Source: a virus
Taxonomy: Duplodnaviria > Caudoviricetes
DNA length: 40,295 bases
Direction: 5' to 3' (one strand)
Virus record (IMG/VR): IMGVR_UViG_3300032212_000054
Location: 1-40,295 of that record
The notes below the pieces were generated by a model. The model did not search any database. It was not told where the DNA came from and saw only the letters and a program-made list of their open reading frames with translations. A program made the position numbers and the translations under genes. This document shows, one piece after another, positions 1-7,549 of the stretch. The first letter of the stretch is position 1, and each line of letters starts with the position of its first letter.

Positions 1-126
1 GGTCATTTTGAGCCAGAGTCAGAAAAAGAATTAGATCGGATTGTTGAAGTTATGAATACAGTCGAATTCAACAAACGTAAAAAAAGCAATGAAAACTGGA
101 TAAACAACTTACCAGATTAACAGATA
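1..126 (+). repeat. Left copy of 126-bp direct repeat
   Basis: 1-126 is identical to 40128-40253 by direct comparison. The copies diverge after ...TTAACAGATA. Confidence 0.95.
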
Positions 127-146
127 CATGTTCGGGAGGACATAAC

Positions 147-389
147 GTGGCAACACTAGCTCAAGAAGCACAATTGCGAGAAGTCGCAAAAATGGTGGAT
201 AAGAAATTAAAGCGGATCTATGGCGAAAAGATGGGGTTCTTTTTGAACGTGTCACCGATGGGTGAGCAAGAAAGAATCGCTGATTATATTGGCAACACTG
301 AACGAGCTACAGCAATTGAGTGGATGAAAGAAACCGTCAAACGATTTGAAGGTGGTGAATTCATCCCAGCATCTAAAGGAGAAGCATAA
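147..389 (+). CDS. Hypothetical phage protein
   Basis: 80-aa ORF, GGGAGG RBS before a GTG start, stop overlaps next start. Confidence 0.75.
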   Translation: MATLAQEAQLREVAKMVDKKLKRIYGEKMGFFLNVSPMGEQERIADYIGNTERATAIEWMKETVKRFEGGEFIPASKGEA

Positions 390-616
390 TGCAACAAGCA
401 CAAGATTTATTGGGCTTTCCAATCGAAACGCCTAGCGATGAAGAATTAGCCAAACGTTTTGCAAAACAACAAGCAGACCTTACTGAAAGCTTTGGTATGC
501 CAAAACAAACGAAAGCTAAAAATCATAAGCGCACTAAGAAAAGTGCTAAGAAGTTAGCCAGAACTAATAAGCAGTTTCTTAAAGCCAAGTACAAGCGGTC
601 AAACGCAACCGTTTAA
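389..616 (+). CDS. Hypothetical basic protein
   Basis: 75-aa ORF, AGGAG RBS, Lys-rich C-terminal half. Confidence 0.7.
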   Translation: MQQAQDLLGFPIETPSDEELAKRFAKQQADLTESFGMPKQTKAKNHKRTKKSAKKLARTNKQFLKAKYKRSNATV

Positions 617-629
617 CCGATAGAAGGGC

Positions 630-863
630 GTGGAAATAATGAGCATTTATGATAAATCATTATCGGGGATTCCCGCAAAAGGTAACTACCACGAAGTTGA
701 AGCGGAAGAATTTGGTAGCGGTATCTACACGCATACTTGCCCTACTTGCAAGTCTGATTTTTTCGGGTATAAACGCCGCTATCTTTGCTCTTGCTGCAAC
801 GAAAAAAAGGCTAGAGAAGAAGCGAGCGATATTACATTACATGGCCTTAGTGGTCATTGTTAA
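630..863 (+). CDS. Small zinc-ribbon-like protein
   Basis: CPTC...CSCC motif; follows a boundary motif. Confidence 0.6.
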   Translation: MEIMSIYDKSLSGIPAKGNYHEVEAEEFGSGIYTHTCPTCKSDFFGYKRRYLCSCCNEKKAREEASDITLHGLSGHC

Positions 864-888
864 CAAAATAACAGATAGAGGTTTAGCT

Positions 889-1068
889 ATGGCTACAGTT
901 TATCACCGTAAAATTGGGTTTATGAAATGCCCTAAATGCAACGGCCAATTACAAAGCGCCTCGTTTGATCCTGATGGGCTACACGAAAATAGCGTAATTA
1001 GCTGTGTGAATTACTGCTTGTCAGGAAAGTTAAAACTCAATGACGGTAAATCAAGAATTGAATGGTAA
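889..1068 (+). CDS. Small Cys-containing protein (CPKC...CVNYC)
   Basis: Probable true start is ATG 889 after boundary motif and GAGG RBS. The track start at 649 overlaps the previous gene. Confidence 0.65.
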   Translation: MATVYHRKIGFMKCPKCNGQLQSASFDPDGLHENSVISCVNYCLSGKLKLNDGKSRIEW

Positions 1069-1120
1069 GGCAGCGCCGAACATACGTTGATTGAACCAAA
1101 AGAGTAGATAGAGGTTGAGC

Positions 1121-1252
1121 ATGAGATTAAGCAACTGCAATACATGTAAACACAAGCAGCACAACGATGAAGGGCATTGCTATATGTTCAGAGTTAAGCC
1201 GAAAGGCGTTTGTGCTCAATACCAAAAAATCAAAGTTAAACAAATTAACTGA
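1121..1252 (+). CDS. 43-aa Cys/His-rich protein (MRLSNCNTCKHKQHNDEGHCYMF...)
   Basis: Read manually; GAGG RBS at 1111-1114; CxxC...C...C pattern. Confidence 0.6.
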   Translation: MRLSNCNTCKHKQHNDEGHCYMFRVKPKGVCAQYQKIKVKQIN

Positions 1253-1265
1253 GAGAGGTTTCACG

Positions 1266-1391
1266 ATGGAATTAGTTTTTATCTCTAAAAAAGGCGTTAA
1301 GTTTAAATTATTCGGTAAACGCAAATGGGATTCTTGGACAGCACCTAAAGAATTTTGGGACTGTTGGCATTCAACAACTTTGGAATTTTAA
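1266..1391 (+). CDS. 41-aa Trp-rich hypothetical protein
   Basis: In frame with track ORF 1167-1391; GAGAGG RBS just before ATG 1266. Confidence 0.55.
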   Translation: MELVFISKKGVKFKLFGKRKWDSWTAPKEFWDCWHSTTLEF

Positions 1392-1392
1392 C

Positions 1393-1665
1393 ATGAAAGT
1401 ATACGTAGATTTTGCAATGGAAGTGGCTGTTGGTATTACAGGTTTTGCCTTAATGCAGTTGAAAGAAGAATTTGTTGATCCACCTCACGGCGCACCTGAA
1501 AAATGCGAATGCGTAAAAAATGATATCGACCATTTAGGTTTTGAAGATTGGGTTGATTGCCATTTAGATGATGTACCAACCGAGCCGGGTACTTACGCTT
1601 TTGCTGGTGAAGCTGATTTTGACGAAGACACGGCAAACTACAGTGCCACTTGTTTAAACATTTAG
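1393..1665 (+). CDS. Hypothetical acidic protein
   Basis: 90-aa ORF abutting the previous stop. Confidence 0.65.
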   Translation: MKVYVDFAMEVAVGITGFALMQLKEEFVDPPHGAPEKCECVKNDIDHLGFEDWVDCHLDDVPTEPGTYAFAGEADFDEDTANYSATCLNI

Positions 1666-1682
1666 AAAGGCGAAATTGAAAC

Positions 1683-1859
1683 ATGGCTAGATGGTACAGC
1701 AAACGCAATAAAATCAGACTAAGCAAAATTAAAAGATGGACGCGCTATTGCGGAAGTGTTTGGCCGGACTATGCCACACCAGTCTGCAATAGATTTCATG
1801 GGCAATGTTATGGCTGTTATAGCGACCAGCAGTCAGAAGAACTAAGGGGGTTAGCATGA
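1683..1859 (+). CDS. 58-aa Cys-containing basic protein
   Basis: Read manually (MARWYSKRNKIRL...CYGCYSD...); ATGA overlap with next gene. Confidence 0.55.
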   Translation: MARWYSKRNKIRLSKIKRWTRYCGSVWPDYATPVCNRFHGQCYGCYSDQQSEELRGLA

Positions 1860-2158
1860 GTAAAAGAAATCAAAACGCTAAATTTCAGATTAAGGATGGT
1901 CAGTTAATTATCTCTATCGGCCTTGATGCTTTCCAGCGCTCAATCGAGTTAGATACTGATTTAGTTATCACTGAACCTGAAAAAGCAGTTTTTGCGATCA
2001 AACATGAAATCTCGCACGAAGAAGAAAATGGTCGAACGCCTTTTCATCAAATGCTAGCTAGTGCCGCCTATTCAGCATATGAAAATGGTGAAGAAGGTTT
2101 TGACGAGTCTGACGACTCAAAACAACAGATAGAAGCGCGGAGGCGAACCAGTGATTAA
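1856..2158 (+). CDS. Hypothetical phage protein
   Basis: 100-aa ORF, AAGGGGG RBS. Confidence 0.7.
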   Translation: MSKRNQNAKFQIKDGQLIISIGLDAFQRSIELDTDLVITEPEKAVFAIKHEISHEEENGRTPFHQMLASAAYSAYENGEEGFDESDDSKQQIEARRRTSD

Positions 2159-2996
2159 TGAAAAAGAAGAAACATCACAATCAGCACTTTGGATTCAATT
2201 TGCACAACCAAAGTTTATCGCTATTGCCTTTGGTGGTGGCACTAATTCAACAGCAATGCTTGTTGGAATGTATGAGCGAGGTATTAAGCCTGATCTTCTT
2301 TTGTTTGCTGATACAGGTGGAGAAAAGCCACACACCTATCAACATATAACCCAGGTTAACAATTGGTTGTTTTCGATTGGGTGGCCGCAAATCATCACAG
2401 TGAAAAAGGTTGATCTACATGGTGATGCAATGACATTAGAGCAGCTTTGTTTGAATAAAAAGATGCTACCTAGCTTGGCTTATGGATTTAAAAGTTGCTC
2501 GCTTAAATTCAAAGTCGCACCACAAGACAAATTCTGCAACAACCATGAACCATGCAAGGCGGTTTGGAAGCTAGATAATAAAGTAGTTAAGTATATTGGC
2601 TATGACGTACATGAGGAGCGACGCGTTAATCGTGGTCGTGAAATTGAGCATAAAGATAAAAAGTATACGTATGAATATCCATTGTTCGATTGGGGCTGGG
2701 ATCGTGATGATTGTATTGCGGCCATCAAGAGAGTTGGTTTATCACAACCAGGTAAATCTGCTTGTTTCTTCTGCCCTGCTTCGAAAATTAAAGAAATACG
2801 CCAACTAAATGAAAACTATCCTGAGTTAGCAAATAGAGCTTTGGCAATGGAAGCAAACGCAGAGTTAATCAGCGTAAAGGGTTTGGGGCGAAGGTTCGCG
2901 TGGTCGGAAGTACTAAGTCAAATTGATATGTTCAACGGGTTTGATCGAGATTGGGAAATGCCATGCGATTGTTTTGACGGAGATGAGGCAGCGTAA
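2151..2996 (+). CDS. PP-loop adenine nucleotide alpha-hydrolase / PAPS reductase-like protein, probable Fe-S
   Basis: AFGGGTNST PP-loop variant, LFADTGGE, IGYD..E..R, YPL.DWGW.R.DC, KSACFFCP and C-terminal PCDCF. Confidence 0.8.
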   Translation: MINEKEETSQSALWIQFAQPKFIAIAFGGGTNSTAMLVGMYERGIKPDLLLFADTGGEKPHTYQHITQVNNWLFSIGWPQIITVKKVDLHGDAMTLEQLCLNKKMLPSLAYGFKSCSLKFKVAPQDKFCNNHEPCKAVWKLDNKVVKYIGYDVHEERRVNRGREIEHKDKKYTYEYPLFDWGWDRDDCIAAIKRVGLSQPGKSACFFCPASKIKEIRQLNENYPELANRALAMEANAELISVKGLGRRFAWSEVLSQIDMFNGFDRDWEMPCDCFDGDEAA

Positions 2997-2998
2997 TT

Positions 2999-3181
2999 AT
3001 GGAAAGCAAAGATTTCACAGTAATAGCTGGAAAATATGAAAGAGGCTATTCCGACGATGAAAACATTAAATACATTAGTGAGCCAATGACACTTGATGAT
3101 GCAATTGAAAAAGCAAAGGAATACATGAATTACCCGTTTTGCTTTATCGAATACAACGATCATCGTCTACAGGTTTACTAA
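2999..3181 (+). CDS. Hypothetical protein
   Basis: 60-aa ORF with GAGG RBS; followed by a boundary motif. Confidence 0.65.
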   Translation: MESKDFTVIAGKYERGYSDDENIKYISEPMTLDDAIEKAKEYMNYPFCFIEYNDHRLQVY

Positions 3182-3219
3182 ATAACGGATAGAAGCGCGG
3201 AGATAAGAAAAGGTAATTG

Positions 3220-3228
3220 TGGTATAGT
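3220..3228 (+). promoter_or_regulatory. Extended -10 promoter candidate (TGGTATAGT) heading the late/lysis region
   Basis: TGn-TATAGT about 30 nt upstream of ATG 3257, with an AAGGAGA RBS in between. Confidence 0.45.
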
Positions 3229-3256
3229 AATTATTTCAAACAAGGAGATTTAAAAA

Positions 3257-3325
3257 ATGGTTAAAAAAGTTACAGGTGGCGGCAAGAAGAAAACCCATAC
3301 ACCAAAGCCAAAACCTAAAAAATGA
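3257..3325 (+). CDS. 22-aa Lys-rich micropeptide MVKKVTGGGKKKTHTPKPKPKK
   Basis: Strong AAGGAGA RBS; ATGA overlap with next gene. Confidence 0.65.
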   Translation: MVKKVTGGGKKKTHTPKPKPKK

Positions 3326-3831
3326 TTGAAAACTATATGGCGCTAATTTTTTTATTGGCGCTTTATTTATTCTGCAAGTCACGCCACTTGTTGATTTTAA
3401 TAATAATCTACTACATATCCTACATGCTTTTAACCGCTTCACAGTACGGCATTCAATTCGACAGCATAATCTATACAAGCTTTAAAGAATGGAACTTAGA
3501 ATACTTATACACAATGGCTTTTACGTTTTTATTTGTTGTTTACGCCGCTGTTATTTACATGAGATTTAAAAAAATATCAGCGTTGCTTTACTGTTGCTGG
3601 TTGGTGTTAATGATGGGTTTAGATGGTTTGATGTCGCTTATGATGTCTATAGATTCAAATATTCTCATAACGTGTTATAATTATGTTCAAAATTCAAACT
3701 TAGTGATTGATGCGATGTTTGCACTGTTTGGGACTAGAAATGGATTTAAGGATCATACTATCGACTATTTTAGTCGTTATAATGCTATACGTTGCTTGTT
3801 CAATCGTTATGATATCAAGAAAGGTTGTTAA
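3322..3831 (+). CDS. Polytopic membrane protein (4-5 TM)
   Basis: Several long hydrophobic segments. Confidence 0.75.
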   Translation: MIENYMALIFLLALYLFCKSRHLLILIIIYYISYMLLTASQYGIQFDSIIYTSFKEWNLEYLYTMAFTFLFVVYAAVIYMRFKKISALLYCCWLVLMMGLDGLMSLMMSIDSNILITCYNYVQNSNLVIDAMFALFGTRNGFKDHTIDYFSRYNAIRCLFNRYDIKKGC

Positions 3832-4175
3832 AAGTGGAGCAAAGAGTAATAAGCTTAGAAAAGCAAATGGCTGTCATGGTGAGTACGCAAGAAGCGAATG
3901 CCAAGCAGCTAACGGACGTTGTTACAGAGATAAAAAACTGTACGAGGGCTATTACAGAGAATACCACTCAAACTCAAGTCCAAAGTCGTGATCATGAAAG
4001 GCTAATAAAACGAATAGACAAACAAGACCAGTTACTCAGGGCTACGCATGACGAAGTTGTCGAAAATAGGACGGTAATTAAATTAATGGCAGGGCTTAAC
4101 AGAAAGCTATTAGGCATGTCAGGCGCGATCATATTAACAGCAGCAGCGGTTATACTAGCAATTAAGGGTGTGTAA
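3825..4175 (+). CDS. Coiled-coil protein with C-terminal TM helix, holin/XhlA-like candidate
   Basis: Heptad-like N-terminus (RVISLEKQMA) and hydrophobic C-terminal helix. Confidence 0.55.
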   Translation: MLKVEQRVISLEKQMAVMVSTQEANAKQLTDVVTEIKNCTRAITENTTQTQVQSRDHERLIKRIDKQDQLLRATHDEVVENRTVIKLMAGLNRKLLGMSGAIILTAAAVILAIKGV

Positions 4176-4384
4176 TGAAATTTGAAGATGAAATCACGGC
4201 AGAAAATAACAGAAGTCAGTACAAACAATTAAAGTCTGACGCACAGCGCATAAACTCACAGCTTGCAGCGTGGGTTGGGACTCATACAAGCTTGCGCGAA
4301 AGCGTAGAAGCTGAAAAGCAGGCAGAACTAGATACTAAAAAGGCTCAGTTTGTTCAAATGCTACGGACTACGCTAGGTCTATAA
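4175..4384 (+). CDS. Hypothetical helical protein
   Basis: 69-aa ORF translationally coupled on both sides. Confidence 0.7.
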   Translation: MKFEDEITAENNRSQYKQLKSDAQRINSQLAAWVGTHTSLRESVEAEKQAELDTKKAQFVQMLRTTLGL

Positions 4385-5413
4385 ATGGCTTACGGATTCA
4401 CTAAAACACTACCGACAATAACTGGTAGTCATACAGATTATATACTACAGCTAAAAACGGCTGATTTTCCAGCAGCATCAATTGACGGAACCGCTAACGC
4501 TTTCGCAAATGGCGGCGGCGATATGATTGCTTATGAGGACGATACAAAAGCGGTTCAGCTACCATTACACATCAAAGAATTTGTAAGTTCTGGAACACCA
4601 TCGGCAGATGTAAGAATAAAATTAGATGCGTCAACAGGTGCTACAGTTTATCTAGAGGCTGATACTGTGCAAACAAGTCAGCCAGCGGTCGGTTCAACAT
4701 ACGGTAGAGATGCGGTATATTCAAATACTGAATACTCATTACAGTACGATACGGCATCGGCGGTAGATGCGTCCGGAAAAACATCGCCAACAACGTCCGG
4801 CTCGCCCACCTCAGATGGTGAGTCGTTAGATTTTGACGGAACAAATGACAGGGTAGATGTTCCAGATTCTACAGCTACTAGGTTACAGTCTATATTTAGC
4901 CTATATGCTGATGCGGACCCGACTGATGCAAACCAAAGTTATTATTTTTGGAAACGTGGCGGTACTAATGATGGTTTCGCCCTTAGGTATGACGCAGCCA
5001 ACACTAGATTAAGGTTTAGTTTATTTGGTATTTCTGCTTATAACAGTTCATCAATTACTATCAGCAGCAGAACCAAAGTGTGGGCTACAATTAATGGTAC
5101 AACGTTAAAGTTCTATGCAAATGGCTCACAAGTTGGCTCTAATATTACAATATCGGCAACACGCACAACGGCAGCGGTAGATACTCATGTTGGGGCTAAA
5201 ACAGATGATTTTGGCACTATAGACGGTTACAGCGAACAACAAATGTGGGAGTCTAGATTTTACACTGATGAAATAAGCGCTGACAGAATAGCGGCATTAG
5301 ATGATAACTACACTAGCTCAAGCTGGGGGACGAGTTCAGCTTGGGTTGATAGCGGAAGCGGTCCAACAATACCGATATTACAATATTACTATTCGAGGCT
5401 AAGAAATGGCTGA
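4385..5413 (+). CDS. Putative virion protein with LamG/concanavalin-like lectin domain
   Basis: LDFDGTNDRV, LKFYANGSQV and ESRFY..EIS resemble LamG-like beta-sandwich motifs; Ser/Thr-rich. Confidence 0.65.
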   Translation: MAYGFTKTLPTITGSHTDYILQLKTADFPAASIDGTANAFANGGGDMIAYEDDTKAVQLPLHIKEFVSSGTPSADVRIKLDASTGATVYLEADTVQTSQPAVGSTYGRDAVYSNTEYSLQYDTASAVDASGKTSPTTSGSPTSDGESLDFDGTNDRVDVPDSTATRLQSIFSLYADADPTDANQSYYFWKRGGTNDGFALRYDAANTRLRFSLFGISAYNSSSITISSRTKVWATINGTTLKFYANGSQVGSNITISATRTTAAVDTHVGAKTDDFGTIDGYSEQQMWESRFYTDEISADRIAALDDNYTSSSWGTSSAWVDSGSGPTIPILQYYYSRLRNG

Positions 5414-6404
5414 TTTAAGACAAAGCACATCACAGGTTATAAGGTTCGGGCCGTTTTTGGACTCTACGGACGGCATAACACCAGAAACAGCGTTGACAAT
5501 AGCGCAAGCAGATATGCAGATATCCAAAGACGGTGGCGCATTCGCACAAAAAAACACAACAGGCAATGCTACCCATGACGTTGACGGGTGGTATTCAACA
5601 ACTCTTGACGCAACAGACACAAACACAGCTACTATACTTGAATTTCAGGTTACAGTTTCTGGCGCATTACCTTACTTTAAAACTTATAATGTGTTAACAA
5701 CTACAGCTTATGATGCTATTTACACTGGTACGTTTAATAATTTAGGCGGCACAGCACAAACAGGCGATTCATTTGCAAGACTAGGGGCACCAGCAGGGGC
5801 GAGTGTAAGTGCAGATATAGCAGATGTTCCAACGGTATCAGAGTTCAACGCTAGGACACTAGCAAGTGCTGATTACTTCGATCCAGCAACAGATACAGTG
5901 GCGAACGTAACAACAGTAGCCACAACAACAACAAACACAGATATGCGTGGTACTGATTCAGCATTTCTAGCAAGTTCAGCACCAACTAATTTTAGCGCGT
6001 TAGGAATAAGTGTGGGCGGAGCAATAGATAACGTTACTCTAGTAACGACAACAACCACAAATACCGATATGAGAGGGACAGACAGTGCAGCAACGGCGGC
6101 AGCACTAGCAACGGTTGATGCTAACGTTGATGCTATACTTATCGATACAGGGACAACGCTACCAGCACAAATAACAGCATTGAATGATATTAGCACAGCG
6201 GATATTTTAGCCAGTGGTGATGTTGACGGGTACTCAATTGAAGAAACGTTAAAATTATTGGGTACAGCCTCTTATGGTACGCTGTCAGGCGCAGCAACAA
6301 CTACGGTGACGATAACAGCACCAGACGCAAGCAAGGCGAGACTAACGGCAACTGTTGACGCTGCCGGCAATCGTAGTGCTGTTGTTAAGGATGCTACGGG
6401 TTAA
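5406..6404 (+). CDS. Thr/Ala-rich putative virion fibre or decoration protein
   Basis: Composition typical of structural fibres; internal 20-aa repeat. Confidence 0.65.
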   Translation: MADLRQSTSQVIRFGPFLDSTDGITPETALTIAQADMQISKDGGAFAQKNTTGNATHDVDGWYSTTLDATDTNTATILEFQVTVSGALPYFKTYNVLTTTAYDAIYTGTFNNLGGTAQTGDSFARLGAPAGASVSADIADVPTVSEFNARTLASADYFDPATDTVANVTTVATTTTNTDMRGTDSAFLASSAPTNFSALGISVGGAIDNVTLVTTTTTNTDMRGTDSAATAAALATVDANVDAILIDTGTTLPAQITALNDISTADILASGDVDGYSIEETLKLLGTASYGTLSGAATTTVTITAPDASKARLTATVDAAGNRSAVVKDATG

Positions 6405-6808
6405 TGTTTCCTAGTAGGTACTTTAATCTTAGATATTGGGCTAGTAGGTATTGGCCAAAGGTCGGTGAAGACCCACCAGTATCAGGTGCGGACTGTTATA
6501 CTGTTTTTTCTGGTATAATCACAGATGAAGTAACGGCAGGCCAAGGACTAATAGCCGATGATTTTGCAGAAAACGGAATAATAACCGAATATTCTGCAAC
6601 AAACGGTTTAATAACAGAAGTAATCCAATGGACTAGTCAAGTAAATGTTACACAAGCCACTTTAGTGGGTGGTATAATCACACTATCACAAAGCGGTGAA
6701 CCAGTTGGTGATTCAATGAACGGCTTAATAGGTACAACAACAACGGCTGTTAACGGCTTAATAGATGATTCAGGCATAGCAGTAAATAGTAAGTTATGCT
6801 GTTGCTAG
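6404..6808 (+). CDS. Putative virion accessory protein
   Basis: N-terminal F/W-x-x-R-Y-F/W repeat followed by repeated G(L/I)I motifs. Confidence 0.6.
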   Translation: MFPSRYFNLRYWASRYWPKVGEDPPVSGADCYTVFSGIITDEVTAGQGLIADDFAENGIITEYSATNGLITEVIQWTSQVNVTQATLVGGIITLSQSGEPVGDSMNGLIGTTTTAVNGLIDDSGIAVNSKLCCC

Positions 6809-6817
6809 GAGATAAAG

Positions 6818-7153
6818 ATGGCTTTACATGTAGGCGAGATAGGTAAGAGCATAGTAGTTAACGCTGGTTATGATATGAGCGCTAACACTGATTTAAAGCT
6901 TATCTTCACAAAACCAGACCAAACAACGCTAACGGTTGATAAAGCTGGCGGAGTATCAGCACCAGCGAGTACGCTAGTGGTAACAATAGACGGTGAGAGT
7001 GTAACATTAAACGCTAATGAATACTGGTTATATGCTACATCTAGCGGTGATTTAGACCAAGCTGGTACATGGTCAGTGGTAGGTCAGTACATAGACGCAA
7101 CGCCAAAGACATTTTGTGGTGGATCCAGTACATTTACGGTTTTACCTTGTTAA
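6818..7153 (+). CDS. Putative Ig-like/adaptor (BppU-N-like) structural protein
   Basis: FTKPD...GDLDQAGTW pattern; AGGAG RBS. Confidence 0.55.
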   Translation: MALHVGEIGKSIVVNAGYDMSANTDLKLIFTKPDQTTLTVDKAGGVSAPASTLVVTIDGESVTLNANEYWLYATSSGDLDQAGTWSVVGQYIDATPKTFCGGSSTFTVLPC

Positions 7154-7180
7154 AACAATTTATGTTCGGGACCAAGTGAT

Positions 7181-7549
7181 ATGACTAAAGATAAAGGCGG
7201 CAGACCAACAAAAATGACACCAGAGACGGTGCAGAAACTAGAGGACGCATTTACATGGGGTTGCACAGATATGGAGGCTTGTTGTTATGCTGATATTTCA
7301 ATCAGAACTCTATATGATTACTGTGAGAAAAAACCAGACTTTTCGCATAGAAAAGAGTTATTGAAAAACCAGCCAGTGATGCAGGCTAGAAGAATTATAC
7401 AATCTAGTCTAACAGATGGTGACTTGGCCACAGCTAACAGGGTTATAGACCGCAAGGAAGGTCAGAAGATTAAACAGGATATTACATCGGCAGGCAAGCA
7501 GATTAATACATGGGTAATTAACCCAGTTACAACAAATAAAGATGGCTAA
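7181..7549 (+). CDS. terS: Terminase small subunit
   Basis: GGRPTKMTPE N-terminus with HTH-like segment; immediately upstream of TerL. Confidence 0.8.
   Translation: MTKDKGGRPTKMTPETVQKLEDAFTWGCTDMEACCYADISIRTLYDYCEKKPDFSHRKELLKNQPVMQARRIIQSSLTDGDLATANRVIDRKEGQKIKQDITSAGKQINTWVINPVTTNKDG

Larger units (their letters stand above)
118..3202 (+). repeat. Dispersed gene-boundary motif YAACnGATAGA(A/G)G
   Basis: Copies at 118-126 (truncated), 614-629, 869-881, 1106-1114 (partial), 1246-1258, 2123-2143 and 3183-3202, plus 40042-40064 and 40245-40265. Each sits at a gene end or just before the next RBS. Confidence 0.8.

Noticed and set aside
1-126. Physical direct terminal repeats of the virion DNA
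   Set aside because: The repeat begins mid-gene, 42 non-matching nt follow the right copy, and its length is near a common assembly k-mer size. An assembly overlap or branch is more likely.
118-3202. Boundary motif as CRISPR repeats or integron attC sites
   Set aside because: Spacing is irregular and gene-sized, the motif is short and non-palindromic, no GTTRRRY-closed hairpin is evident, and no cas or intI gene is present.
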